A stretch of 63,630 nucleotides of DNA, filler included, from Basidiobolus ranarum (lineage: Eukaryota), in NCBI GenBank assembly GCA_040143965.1. It is 15 parts of 15 records of this genome, joined end to end, with 100 filler letters (N's around TTAATTAATTAA, not from the genome) between each part and the next. Parts side by side here need not be neighbours in the genome. Positions count along the whole stretch, not along the records: positions 46,779 to 50,921 come from JASJQH010002100.1; positions 51,022 to 55,161 come from JASJQH010002101.1; positions 55,262 to 59,397 come from JASJQH010002102.1; positions 59,498 to 63,630 come from JASJQH010002103.1; 11 more parts are not named here. One strand, given 5' to 3'. Positions within the stretch are counted from its first letter, which is position 1. Every line of letters starts with the position of its first letter. Position numbers and translations under genes: made by a program. The notes under the pieces are model-generated. The model was not told where the DNA came from. It searched no databases and was given only the letters and a program-made list of their open reading frames with translations. Below, piece after piece: positions 50,401 to 63,630 of this stretch.

Positions 50401-51741
50401 TGCCACTGCATCGATTTCTCCAGCACAGAAAATTATCGATCAAACGCAATGACTGCTTTTTCTGCTGTGTTCCAATTCACCTAAATCCTTAATTCGTATG
50501 GATTCCAGTGAATTTTCTGCTATCAGTAATGCATCCGAAGCAAATAACCATCAGTTTCAAGTGGATGACGGCATCATGTGAGGAGAGTAGCGTTACACCA
50601 CAGTGGTTTTTGTAGAGCTTATCACCTCAGACTGAGGCTATAGAGCATCAGATTTTACATTCTAGTGCGTTGAGCATGTATTAAGTAATAGCATCAAGAA
50701 TCATGTGCTCCTATGTGTAAATTAGCGAAAGAATGGACTAGACTTGTTTGGAAATTACTTCATTCAGGATTTGGGTGTATTTACTGCCGCACTTGGATCG
50801 TGGTGTCTGATGAGAGAACCTTGGAAGCGGCGTAATGTGTGAAGATGGCAAGTGCTTCTTCACTTGGAAAATGTGCAACTGTGTGTGATGATAGATTGGA
50901 AGGGGCCTCCCTATTCTCTCTNNNNNNNNNNNNNNNNNNNNNNNNNNNNNNNNNNNNNNNNNNNNTTAATTAATTAANNNNNNNNNNNNNNNNNNNNNNN
51001 NNNNNNNNNNNNNNNNNNNNNCATCCGTTTGGTGTAGCGTCGCGGGGGGGAGAAGGGAGGGGTGGGCAGTGGTGCCTAGTTCGGCCATGTTGTACACCAA
51101 GATGTTTGGGTTGGTGAGGCTTAATAAGGCCATATTGGAACTGGACGACTATTGAGTTAGTTTACATCACCTACCAATGCTGATCTTTTATTAATTCTTT
51201 GATATATATCACTCGGTGACCTATTAAATTGGAATAGCCATGATGAATAAGATCATCATTATAGTCAAGTAGTTTGATCTATACTTGCTGGAATCATGCG
51301 CAGTAAAATTTGAATCAGTAGCGTAGAGTGTGGCTCCAATGGTTGGAAGTTAGAAAGATGGGCATCAGGCAAAAGTGTCGCAATTGTATCGGAGTTGTAC
51401 ACGCACTACATATCAGATATAACTTAGTAAGTTGAGAGGGTTAGGTTTAGTTTTAAAGTCACAAATCAACACTGAGAAACTTTATTATTGCTTGAAACAA
51501 GGGATTTTATCCAGATATATTCTACAAGATGTTGATTTAAATGTGCTTTGTTGTATAGAGGAACACAGGTACCACTAAGCTCAGCATTTATACAAATGTC
51601 TATCTTCAAAGATAATGTTTGATAGTTTGAATCTAAGCATTGTTTTTTCGCACTATACTTATAGTACTGTTAGTCAATACTGTTTGTAATCATAAAAAAA
51701 GCATCGACTCAGTTTCAAGGAACTAATAGGGCCCTTTGAAA

Positions 51742-52070
51742 TGTTGAAATTAGCTTTAGCTAAACACCTACATAGTCATATATAGCTTAGTATCTAGTAA
51801 TCCTATATCGAACAATGATATCACCCATTATTTGATATTGGAATTTACTTGGTAGTTTGAAGATATATAGATGTTGATAACTTGTGCTAGAAGCTCCAAA
51901 CTTTGCACACATGCTTCTGGGACCTTTCTTAATATATTTTACATGTTAATTTGCTTACATCTTGACAAAACTGTAAGTGTCAACTGAAAACTCAATAAAT
52001 CAATAAGTGAAAACCACCATTTTCTCTAGTACTCCGAACCACTTCCAACAGGCTCCCAAATACTTTAACA
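51742..52070 (+). mobile_element. Copia solo LTR (family A)
   Basis: TGTTG...TAACA with a perfect TSD TGAAA. Confidence 0.92.
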
Positions 52071-52746
52071 TGAAATACACAGGAGTATGATGGTATTGAG
52101 AATTGTGTTTTAAGCTTGATAGACTGTTAAGCTATGGAGCTAGGTGAACTCAAGGTACCAAGAGTTGGAAATGTCTAGCCCGGCACAAAAATGGAGATTT
52201 TACCTGTTTTTGTTGGTCCATACACCATTATTATTTAGGAGATAATTGCAGTGATAACTTTGACTCTAATGGTCCATTTCCTGACTTAAGTATAAAGAAG
52301 AATGTTTTGATTAATATCTACTCATGAATATTGATAATCAATCAAAACATCTATTTTTGGCAAATCTCAGGAATAATGAAAAAAGACAACATATGTAACT
52401 TCATCCAAGACCCCCATAGACTTTTGCCTGCTTTTTAGTATGCTAGAGATACAATTCTTTGATGAATAATTTTATACAAATCACCCTCTTAGCTTTGGTC
52501 ATTTATTCCTGTTGAATCATCCTAGACACTTCCAATTTGTCAGAAATATATATATCATGGTGCACTTACTAATAAACAGTTTTATCCTCAATAACTAGCA
52601 GGATTGATCAAATCAACAGGGCTTTGCATTAAAGTTCATACTGTATGGAGAGTAAATATAATGTTAGGCCTAAACATATGTGACTTTTGCATGGTTTTGC
52701 TATAAAAGTGGTTAAACATCAACATACTTCCTTATTAGCTTCTTGT

Positions 52747-55161
52747 TGTTGAAATTAGCATTGCCTAAGCACCAATATAGTCATATATAGCTCAGTACTT
52801 AGTTAACTTATACTTCACTAAGATACTATCCATTATTCTCAATTGGCATTTACTTGGAATATTTACCAATTTAGAAGTTCTCAGATAAATAGATTTTTCA
52901 AACTTGATCTAGAAGTGCAAAACTTTGCACTAATGTTCCTGGGACCTTAGCACATTCTACACATTAGTTGTTTATATCTTAACAATACTATAAATGTCAA
53001 CTTTCTACTCAATAAATCAATAAGTGAAAACCACCAATTTCTCTAATTCTCCAAACCACTTCCAACAGGCTCCCAGATAATTTAACAATGTCTACTTCTC
53101 AAATTTTTGGAACTCTTCCCTCTTCCAAAAATTTGGATGTAACCAATTCTCAAATGTGGAAAATTAAAATGAAAATACTGCTGCAAGAAAAAAAAAATTG
53201 GGACACTATTGTAGGTCAAGAAAACAATGCAAAACTATCTGAAACCAAAGTTTTTGTTAGATAATTAATCTTTATTCAACATCTTAACTTTAGTCATGAT
53301 ACATATATCAGAAACAGAAAGCAATGTATCTATAGCCCATATATTCTAAATAGGAATATCTCTATATCTATATAACAAGTATGTCTTATTACCACCACTA
53401 ATCTATTTTATCTCATTACACAAACTCCTGAATATCTCAAACAATTGATTTACTTTTCTACTATGTAAGTCACCATATACTCTTGAGAATAAAGTAACTA
53501 AAATATACTATCATAAGTTGCTTCTAATACACAATATCTACCCCCATTTTGTCAAGATCCTCCAACAGCTTTACTCCAGGTGGAAAAAGAGCAAAGTGCC
53601 TTGAACATATGTGTCTTAATATTAAAGACAAATTTCTAATTCAATGTTCAAGGGCTGAGACTGCCAAGAAAGTATGGAAAGCCTTGAAAGACACATACCA
53701 AACATGTGCTGCTACCAATAAGATGTGTCTGAGAAGACAATATTCTCACTTAAAGATTAAGCTAGGTGAAGATACTAAATCATTAATTAATATAAACACT
53801 CTGAGAGTAGATGAATCAAAATGCATTGGAGTACCTACCACTGATCAGGATATTTTAGTTATAGTGATCAATAGCCTACCACATGAGTTTCAAAGCATAG
53901 AAATGGCTCTAGAATCAATACTGGATATATGAACTTAAATTAAGTATATGGCAGACACCTGGATGTAGATTTACACAAACTAGGATCTAATCAAAAGAAT
54001 GAAGAAAATGCTTTAATTGGCTATGGAAAACCTTCCTATAGAGGGCAAAAGCACTGTAAGAAGAAAAGTAACACATTCTGTATTACTGTAAAAGCATTGG
54101 CCTTATAAGCAAAGATTGCTTGAAAAGAATTGCAAAAGAAGAAAATATACTGAATCTGGAAATGTGGGTACAGCAGAAGAACACTTGTTCATATTTGCTC
54201 TATCTATTACCGCCAAAAAGGATTCTCAGACATAGTATTTTGATTCTGGAGCCTTGCAACATTTCATAAATGAAAAACAATGGTTTGTGAATTCTGCAGA
54301 AATCTCAATTAGAGAGGTTTTCATGGGAGATGACTCCACATTAGATGCCATTAGAATGGGAACAGTTCAAGTCAATTTAACTGGTGCTTCTGAAGAGAAA
54401 TTGTAGACTTTTAAGGATGTACTACATATTCCAGATATTGCCCAGAATTTAATATCTATATGCAAGGCCACCTAAGAAGGGCTAATATTCAATTTTGATA
54501 AGTCAGGATATATCATCATTGATCAAAATGGGAATTATTTAGCTTTGGGAGAAAAGGATCAGAGCCTATGCAGACTTATTGATAATCCAAAAGATTTAAA
54601 TCTAAATACAAGTTACTCCAATCAAGGAACTATTCAATTATAGCACAAGAGATTTGGCAACATTGGATTTGATTATTTGAGCAAAATGATCCAAAATTGC
54701 CTAATTTCTCAAATTCCAATTAACTCCCCAACCAAAATGAAACTTTTTGAGAGTGGAATATACAGAAAACTAGTTAGGCAACCATTCCAGAGCCATCTCA
54801 GAAGGACTAAGATTCAATTTTGATAAGTCAGGATAACCATCATTGTTAAAATGGCAATTGTTTATCTTTGGGTGGAAAGCATCAGATCTTATAGAAACTT
54901 ACATATAATCCAAGAGATGGATATGTAAAGTAAGTAATTCCACTCAAGAAATTATTCAATCATGGCATAAGAAATTTGGCCATATTGGTTTTGATTATTT
55001 GAACAAAGTGATCAAAGGTTACCTGATTTGAGGAATTTAAATTACCCCCTGACCAAAATGGAAATTTGTGAGGGTTGTATATATGGAAAACAAGCCAGGC
55101 AACTGTTCAAGAGCTCTGGTTTAAGCAAATCTGTCCAAAAATAGGATTTAATTCATTCAGA
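52747..55161 (+). mobile_element. Copia 5' LTR (52747-53087) and gag-protease-pre-integrase pseudogene, with a nested solo LTR C (53255-53567)
   Basis: MWKIKMKILL, AETAKKVWKALKDTY, FDSGA and WHKKFGHIG. The nested LTR is flanked by GTTTT/GCTTT (TSD with one mismatch). Confidence 0.9.
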
Positions 55162-55366
55162 NNNNNNNNNNNNNNNNNNNNNNNNNNNNNNNNNNNNNNN
55201 NNNNNTTAATTAATTAANNNNNNNNNNNNNNNNNNNNNNNNNNNNNNNNNNNNNNNNNNNNACCAGATTGCCAAGAAGGGATGGCACAGCAGATATGATG
55301 TCATAATCTAATAATAGAGGAGCTCTATTTGTAGTGGATCAGTATACCAAGATCAGAATCATGACA

Positions 55367-58300
55367 GTACTAAGGAGTGATAATGGTTGAGAATACTGCT
55401 CCAAAGACTTTGTCAGTTTTTGTTATAAACATGGAATTAAGTACAAAACTACTTTACCATCTAATCCACAGCAAAGTAAAGTTGCAGAATGAACAATAGG
55501 ACCATAGTGGAGATGTCAAGATCTTTGTTACATCTTCAGATGAAAAGCAGGTTATCAAACCAATATCAGATGGCTGATATGGGTGAATTAAGTTCCTTTC
55601 TTAGAATCCTAATCAAGAGAAAAAAACCTAATCAGAGAATCATGCTGAATCTGTCTAGATACATCATAGACATCCTGAAATGCTTGAACATGGAGAATAG
55701 CAAGGCTGTATCAAAACCAATGGATCTCAATGTGAGATTAATCAAAACTGCATCCAATTTGGCTCAAAATAATTCAAATCAAGGCCAGGAGTTTCCTAAG
55801 CAATCATTGGCAGGTGGTTTTATATACACAATGCTTGGAACACATCCAAATATTACTGTGACAGTGGGAACTATGAGGCAATATCTTGAAAATCCAGGTT
55901 GTGAGCACAGAACTGCAGTAGAACAAATATTCAGGTATTTGAGGAGAACTGTAGATCTACTTTAAGGCTATAGTGATGCAGACTGGGAAGAAACCTGGAT
56001 CGCATAAGATCAACAACTGGGTATACTTTTATCTTTGGGCATCAAGCCATAACTTGGAATAGCAAGAAGCAACCAACCATAGCACTTTCCACTACAGAAG
56101 CAGAGTATATGGCTGCATCCACTACCACAAGAGGCTGTGTTGTTAAGGACATTGTTTACAGACTTTGGATATATGCAAAAACATGCTAGCACTGTATTTG
56201 AAGATAATTTGAGTTTTATTTCTTTAGCTAAAAACCCTACATTATATATTAGAACAAAACATATAGGTATTAGGTATCATTTAATTAGTGAAGCAATAGA
56301 GAATGATATAATTGAGCTTATCTATTACCCTACCAAAAAAATAATTGCTAACATCTTAACCAAACCTTTAGCTGAAGCACAACTTGAATTATTAAGATAT
56401 AAGTCAGGTTTAAGAGAAATACCAAAAAATTTGTTGAGTGGGAATGCTGAAATTAGGTAAGTAGCAACTGCTTATTTAATAGTTAGTTTATTCATATTTT
56501 GAGTATTTAGCACTCCATTCTGCCATTCAAAGATGTGTCTTTACTGCTCCAATAGATAGAAATATCAATTAGATCACTTTTGCCAATTTTGGCTATTTTC
56601 TGACATGTTTTCCCAATCACCTCAAATTTAACTCATGCGTAACAGGCATTTGTGTTATGATCTAGGCATTTCCAATAGCCCTCATACATAGTAAACTAAG
56701 AACATGACTTATTCAAATCAATTAAACTTAAGTGTCTAATTCACAAATCCAAATCTTGTCCACAACACTTCCAATTAAATCAGAAGATCATGCAGCACCT
56801 AGAAGAACATCCAGAAGGAGGAATAAGCCATAGAACTGGTGGAGCACTTCCAATGAAAATGTCTATGCATATGCAGCATTCTGTGACAAGCCACAGGCTC
56901 CAGATCAACCTCTGGAGTTTCCAGTATTGCAATTATGGGAAAAAGCAATGTCTGATGCAACTTCAGCACTCCAGGACAATGAAACATATGTTTCAAGTCC
57001 TTGACCATCAGAAAGAAAGCCAATAGGTTGCAAATTGGTTTATAAAGTCAAAAATTAAGCTGATGGATCCATAGAGAGGCACAAAGCAAGAATAGTTGCA
57101 AAAGGTTATTTCCATAATCCAGGAGTTGATGTTGATGATACTATTGCCCCAGCAGCTAGTTTTAGCTGCAATAGATCAATCCTGGAGCTCTCAGCTGTCC
57201 ATGACCTTGAATGATATGAAATGGTTTTAAAAATAGCCTTGATGAATGGAATTCTGGAAGAAGAGATCTATTTGGAGCAACCTGATGGATTTGTTGACCA
57301 AAAACACCCTAATTAGGTGTAGAAACTGCCAATACTGCTATATGGACTCAAGCAAGTATCTAGGGTTTGGTGCAACAAGATAGATACCTATTTAGATCCA
57401 CTGAATTGCAAAAAAGCACAGCATATTACAGAATTTAAATTAAACCAACTGGAAAAAAGATCCACATCTTGGCACTATATATGAACAGCTTGATTGTAGC
57501 CACAAATGATTTAGAAGCATTTGATCAGACAAAAAGCAGCTTATAGAGCCAATTTCAGATTACTGATAGGGGTGAATTAAGTTATTTTCTGGAACCCATA
57601 TTAAGAGAGATAAACCCCACTAGAATATTAAACTGATTAAGTTTAGAAACATCCTAAACATTGTAAAATGCTTCAATGTGGAAAATATCAATCCTGTATC
57701 AACTCCAATGGATTCCAATGCAAGTTTAATTAAATTTCATCTGATTTGACTCAAAATGAGTCAAAGCAAGGCCAGAAATTCCATTAGCAATCCATGGCAG
57801 GTAGTTCAATAGATACAATGGTTGTAAGAGATAAAAGAGTTTGGGGGACTCAAAAGTGAATTGGACAAGATTTAGATTTTGTGAATTAGACAACTGGGTT
57901 TATCAAATTGAATAAGTCCTGTTTATAGTTTGGTATGAAATAGGACTATTAGACATGCTTAGACCATAACAAACATGCCTGTTCAGCCTGGGTCAAAATT
58001 TGAGGTGATTTGGACAGGTTTCATGTAAATAGAGAAAATTGGTAAAAGAGATCTAATTGATATATCCATCACTAAGAGCTATAAACCCATGTTTTGAATG
58101 GTAAAATTGAGTGCTACATAATCAAAATATGAATAAACTAACTACTCACTAGTTAGTTGCTATTTATCTAATTTCAACATTCCCACTTAACTAATTATTT
58201 TGTATTTCTCTTGAACCTAACTTATATCCTGATAACTCAAATTGTGCTTCAGCTCAATGTTTGGTTAAGATGTCTGCAATTATTTCTTCAGTAGGGCAAT

Positions 58301-59397
58301 AGACAGGCTCAATTATATCATTCCCTAATGTTTCTCTAATAAAATGATGCCTAATATCTATATATTTTGTTCTAGCATGAAATGTAGTATTTTTAGCTAA
58401 TGAAAAACAACTTGGATTATCTTCAAATACAGTAATAGCATGTCTTTACATGTATCCCAAGTCCGGAAATGACTTACTTAACCACATAGCTTCTTGTGTA
58501 GTAGGAGAGGCAGCAATATACTCTGCTTCTGTACTGGAAAGTACTATGGTTGGTTGCTTCTTACTATTCCTAGTTATGGCTCCATTGCCATAGAGAAAAG
58601 TGCACCCACTTGTTGATCTGCTATCAGCAAAAGTTCTTACCCAGTCTGCATCACTGTAGCATTCAAACTTTCATGTAGCAGGAGTGGCAGAGTATTCCAG
58701 AACTAGATCTACAGCTTCTCTCAAATACCCGAATATTTGTTTTACTGCAGTTTTGTTCTCAAATCCTGGATTGTTGGGATACTGGCTGACTGGTCCCACT
58801 GCCACAGCAATGTCTGGATAGGTTACAATCATTGTATATAAGAAACTTACTACCTACCATGGATTGAAAAGGGAATTCCTGGCCTCAATTTAAGTCATTT
58901 TGAACCAAATCAGATAGAATCTGATTAATTTTTCATTGGGATCCATTGGTGTTAATACAGGGTTGATATTCTCCATGTTGAAGCATAATAAGATGTGTAG
59001 GATGTATCTACACTGATTCAGCATGATTGTCTGATTGGGTGTATCTCTCTTGATTGGGATTCCGAGAAAGTATCTTGATTGACCCATATCAGACATCTGA
59101 AGTTGGTGTTGATAAGCTGCTTTTTGTCAGATGAAGTACTTCTAGATTATTTATAGCCACAAACAAGTCATCCACATATAGTGCTCTGGATAAGGATCCT
59201 ACTTCCCATTGCTTTGATGTAAAATAACATGACCTGCTGTGCATTTTTGGATTTCCAGGGATTTCAAACAGGTATGTCTTGTGGTACCATGCCCTGGGCT
59301 CTTGCTTAAGTCCATGTAGCAGTTCCCTGCAGCTTACAAACCATATCAGGATGTTTTGGTCAACAAATCCATCTGTTTACTCCAAATTGATCTCTTC
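55367..59397. mobile_element. Nest of Copia pol fragments (+ 55367-56460, + 56780-57825, - 58180-59397) with family-B LTRs (56445 to about 56775; 57829-58179)
   Basis: RT and RNase H motifs (MADMGEL, FEDN, KHIGIRYH, KARIVAKG); many stops. Confidence 0.9.
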
Positions 59398-59497
59398 NNN
59401 NNNNNNNNNNNNNNNNNNNNNNNNNNNNNNNNNNNNNNNNNTTAATTAATTAANNNNNNNNNNNNNNNNNNNNNNNNNNNNNNNNNNNNNNNNNNNN

Positions 59498-62400
59498 GTA
59501 TTCTTTCTCAAATCTAAATCTGAAGCCTTAGCTACATTCAAGCACTACAAAGCAATGGTAGGGAAAGAAGCTGCACCAGAAATTAGGGTACTAAGGAGTG
59601 ATGATGGTGGAGAATACTGCTTTAAGGACTTTCTTAGTTTTTGTTCTAAACAAGGTATTAAGCAACAAACTACAGTACTTTACTCTTCACAGCAAAATGG
59701 AGTTGCAGAATGTGCTAATAGGACCATGATGGAGATGGCAAGATCAATGTTACCTGATCAAAAGTTAAGATACCAATATTGGGTTGAATCTGTCTCCACT
59801 GCAGTCTGTATCAAAAACAGATGCCTAACAAGATTGCCACAAATTCTGCACCATTTGAAGCCCCACATGGATCAAAACCAAGTGTGGATCATTGCAGGAT
59901 CTTAGGTTGCACAGCATATTGCCTAATTTCAGCTCAAAATCACTCTAAATTGAATTGCAAAATCCAAAAATGCATATTTCTTGGTTACTGTGATGGATCT
60001 AAGGCCTATAGACTGTTTGATAGCAACAATCATAAGTTAATTAAGTGCAGATATGTGATTTCTGATGAAAAGCAAATTTTGAACCTCTAATGACAGTTCT
60101 TGATCCAGAAAACACAACCAGCACTATTCAGGCAATGTCTGACAAAGGTGCAGCTGTATCTGAGCCTTATTCAACCAAAATTGCAGTTCCAATCAATCAG
60201 AAGATGATTCAGGACTCAGAAGATCATCCAGAAGGAGATATATGACAGGAAGCTGGTGGAACATTTCCAATGATGATGTATATGCTTATCAGCATTCTGT
60301 GACAAGTCCCAGACTCCAGTTCAAGCTCTAGAGTGTCCAGAATCAAAATTATGGGAGAAGCAATGTCTGCTGAGTTGTCTTCAATTCATGTCAATAAAAC
60401 ATGGGTTTTAAGACCTCTACCATCAGGGAGAAAGCCAATTGGTGACAAATGGGTCTACCAAGTCAAAAACTAAGCTAATGGAATGATCAAAAGGTGTAAA
60501 GCAAGATAGGTTATTCCCAGAAACCAGGAGTCAATTTTGATGAAATCTTTGCTCCAGTAGCTAAGTTTAGCTCTATTGGATTAATCCTGGCACTCTCAGC
60601 CATCCATAGCCTTGATTCACATCAAATGCATGTAAAAATAGCCTTACTGAATGGAAATCTAGAAGAAGAGATCTATATGGAGCAACCAGATGGATTTGTT
60701 GACCCATAACATCCTGATATGGTCTGTAAACTGCAAAAATTGCCATATAGACTCAAGCTAGCACCTACAATATGGTACAACAAGAAATATACCTTTTTGA
60801 AGCCACTAGAATTCCAAAAATGGTCAGCAGATCACAGTATTTACATCAAAACAACCAGATAATGGATCCTATCTTGGCACTGTATGTGGATGACTTGATC
60901 ATAGCCACAACTGATCTAGAAGCACTTAATCAAATGAAAAGCAGCTTATCAAACCAATATCAGGTGACTGATATGGGTGAATTAAGTTATTTTCTTGAAA
61001 TCCAAATGAAGAGAGATAAACCCAATCAAAAAAACATGTTGATTCAGACTAAATACATCCTTGATATCCTAAAATGCTTCAATATGGAGATTAGCAAGCC
61101 TGTATCAACACTAATGGATCCCAATGTGAAATTAATCAAAATTTATCCAATTTGACCCAAAGTGACTCAAATTATAGCCAAGAGTTCCCTTATCTATCCA
61201 TGGTATGTAGTACAATCTATACAATGGTTGGAACATGTCCAGACATTGCTTTGGCAATAGGAAGTGTCAGCCAATGTCTCAAAAATCCAGGATCTGAGCA
61301 CAAAGCTGCAGCAAAGCAAATATTCAGGTATTCAAGAGGAACTGTAGATCTAGCTTTAAAATAATCTGCTACTCCTGATGCATAAAATTTTGTAGGCTAC
61401 AATGATGCAGATTTGGGAAGAAACCTTGATGCTAGAAGATCAACAACTGGGTACACTTATCTCTATGGGAATGAAGCCATAACTTGGAATAATAAGAAGC
61501 AACCAATCATGGGACTTTGCACTACAGTAGCAGAGTATATGACTACCACTGCTACTATACAAGCAGCTATGTGGTTAAGTAAGTTATTTACAGACTTAGG
61601 ATACAAGCAAAAATGTGCAATTACTATATTTGAAGATAATCAAAGTTGTATCTCATTAGCTAGAAACCGAACATTTCATGCTAGAGCAAAACATATGAAT
61701 ATTGGAATCATTTTGTTAGAGAGGCAATAGGGAATGAAATAATTGAACTTGTCTATTGCCCTACTAAAGAAATGATAGCTGGCATCTTAACCAAACCTTA
61801 AGTTAAAGCACAATTTGAATTATCAAGATGTAAGTTAGGTTTAAGAGAAATAGAAAAAAAGTTAGTTGAGTGGAAATGTTGAATTTAGGTGAATAGCAAT
61901 GCATAATTTAGTATATAGTGTATTCATATTCTGAATACAATCACCACAACCAGGGAATCTCAGGCAGAACAAAGTTATGATTTATGCATGATCATAAGTA
62001 TGTTGAAATTAGTTAAATAACAACTCAATATTTAGTAGCTTGTTAAATCATATTGTGGTTATTTAGCACTCTATTCTGCCCTTCAAAAAGTGTGTTTATT
62101 GCTCTAATTGATTGAAATATCAATTAGATCACTTTTACTCATTTTCACTATTTTCTCAAAAACCCTCCAAATCATCTGTAACTTTCACCCATGCTTAACA
62201 GGCATGTTTGCTATGATCTAAGCATGTCCAATTGTCCTCTTTCATAGTAAACTATAAGTAGGACATATGCAATTCAATCAAACTTAAGTGTCTAATTCAC
62301 AAATTCAAATCTGGTCTAAACACTTGCAAATCCCCTAAGCACTTTTATCAGTTAGCACTAATAGGGATCATCTATTTGTATCTGCTCTATTAGCAGCCAC

Positions 62401-63630
62401 TCAAGAAGACTCAGAAACATGGTACATTGATTCAGGAGCTTCTCAGCATATGTCTAACAAGAAAGATTAGTTTTCCAGCTTAAAACCAATCCAAACAAGG
62501 AAAGTCTACTTAGGTGATGACTATGCACTAGATGTAGATGGCTAGGGCACAGTTGTGCTTAATTTATACCACAATTCAGCTTTGCCATCTGCAAAATTGG
62601 ATGAAGTGCTTTATGTACCAAATGTAGCCAAGAATCTACTCTTAGTAAGCCAAGTAACAACTCAAGGACCAATTTTGTGTTCAGCAAGGCTGGATGCACT
62701 ACTGCATATCAGAATAATACCACATTATCTACTGGGATCAAAACTCAAAACATATACAAGCTATAAATCAACAAATTGCATTCCAAGAATGCAAACTTGG
62801 CCAAAAATGGTGAAGTAAGCTGTCAAACATGGCATAGAAGATTAGGCTACATTGGGGAACACAAACTGACCCAAATGATGCAATATCAGCTTGCTTCAGG
62901 CTTAGAAATTAAAAATATCTTTAAATTAGATCTGTATGAAGGTGACATATATGGACAACATCACAGACAGCCATTTTCAAGCTCTAGAGAGATCAAATCA
63001 ACTTATAATTTTGCCCTGATTCATTCTGAGCTATTTGGGTCCATGAAAAATGTCTTGCTAGGTGGGAACAGGCACTTTATAACCTTCATTGATAAACAAA
63101 ACAAGATACACTTGTGTATTCTTTCTCTAACCAACATCTGAAGCCTTAGCTGCATTCAAGCACTACAAAGCAATGATATAGAATGAATCAGCACTAAAAA
63201 TAAGATTACTAAGGAGTGATATTGTTGGAGAATGCTGTGCAAAAGACTTTGCTAGTTCTTGCTTTAAACATAGAGTTAAGCAACAAACTACTGTACCATA
63301 TACTCCACAGCAAAATGGAGTTGCAGAATCTGCTAATAGGACAATAGTGGAGATGGTGAGAGCAATGTTATATGATCAAAAGTTAGGTTACCAATATTGG
63401 GCTGAATCTGTCTCCACTGCAGTCTATATCAAGCACAGATGTCAAACAAGATTGCAACTAAATTCCACTCCATTTGAAGCCCTGTATGGCTGAACTTAAA
63501 AGCAGAAAATGCTTATTTCTTGGTTACTGTGAGGGATCTAAGGCCTATATACTGCTTGATACCAAAAATCAGAAGTTAATTACGTGCAGATATGTGATTT
63601 TTGATTAAAAAGCAAACTTTTCATCACAAA
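59498..63630 (+). mobile_element. Copia pol pseudogene (integrase-RT-RNase H, 59498-61875), family-B LTR (62001-62350) and a second protease-integrase fragment (62351-63630)
   Basis: LRSDDGGEY, QQNGVAE, LYVDDL, FEDNQSCI, WYIDSGASQHM and WHRRLG. Confidence 0.93.

Noticed and set aside
4164-59497. Regularly spaced TTAATTAATTAA repeats every ~4.25 kb
   Set aside because: Artificial concatenation spacers embedded in Ns; not a biological array.

Overview
This window is not one locus. It is 15 unrelated contigs of about 4.13-4.16 kb, in decreasing length order, joined by identical 100-bp spacers (44 N + TTAATTAATTAA + 44 N), so no synteny can be read across spacers. The DNA is eukaryotic and AT-rich with short GT-AG introns. 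It most resembles an early-diverging fungus (Mucoromycota/Zoopagomycota, possibly Basidiobolus-like); this is inference only. Roughly half to two-thirds of the sequence is nested, heavily decayed and CpG-depleted transposon debris: Ty1/Copia, Ty3/Gypsy with a chromodomain, and CACTA/EnSpm. Host genes are a POT/PTR peptide transporter, a guanine deaminase, a truncated secreted CAP/SCP protein, TPT1, mitochondrial uL23, RPF2, a truncated Pan1-like EH protein and two uncharacterised mitochondrial proteins. The most interesting signals are: (1) two independent Fanzor (eukaryotic TnpB-like RNA-guided nuclease) relics that the ORF track misses or only partly shows, one carrying an Hsp70-lid-like insertion; (2) a guanine deaminase with an apparent secretion signal; (3) repeat-restricted CpG loss that the Fanzor relics escape; (4) repeated insertion of one LTR family near the start of another family's gag. 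All family assignments come from motif recognition by eye, not from database searches.
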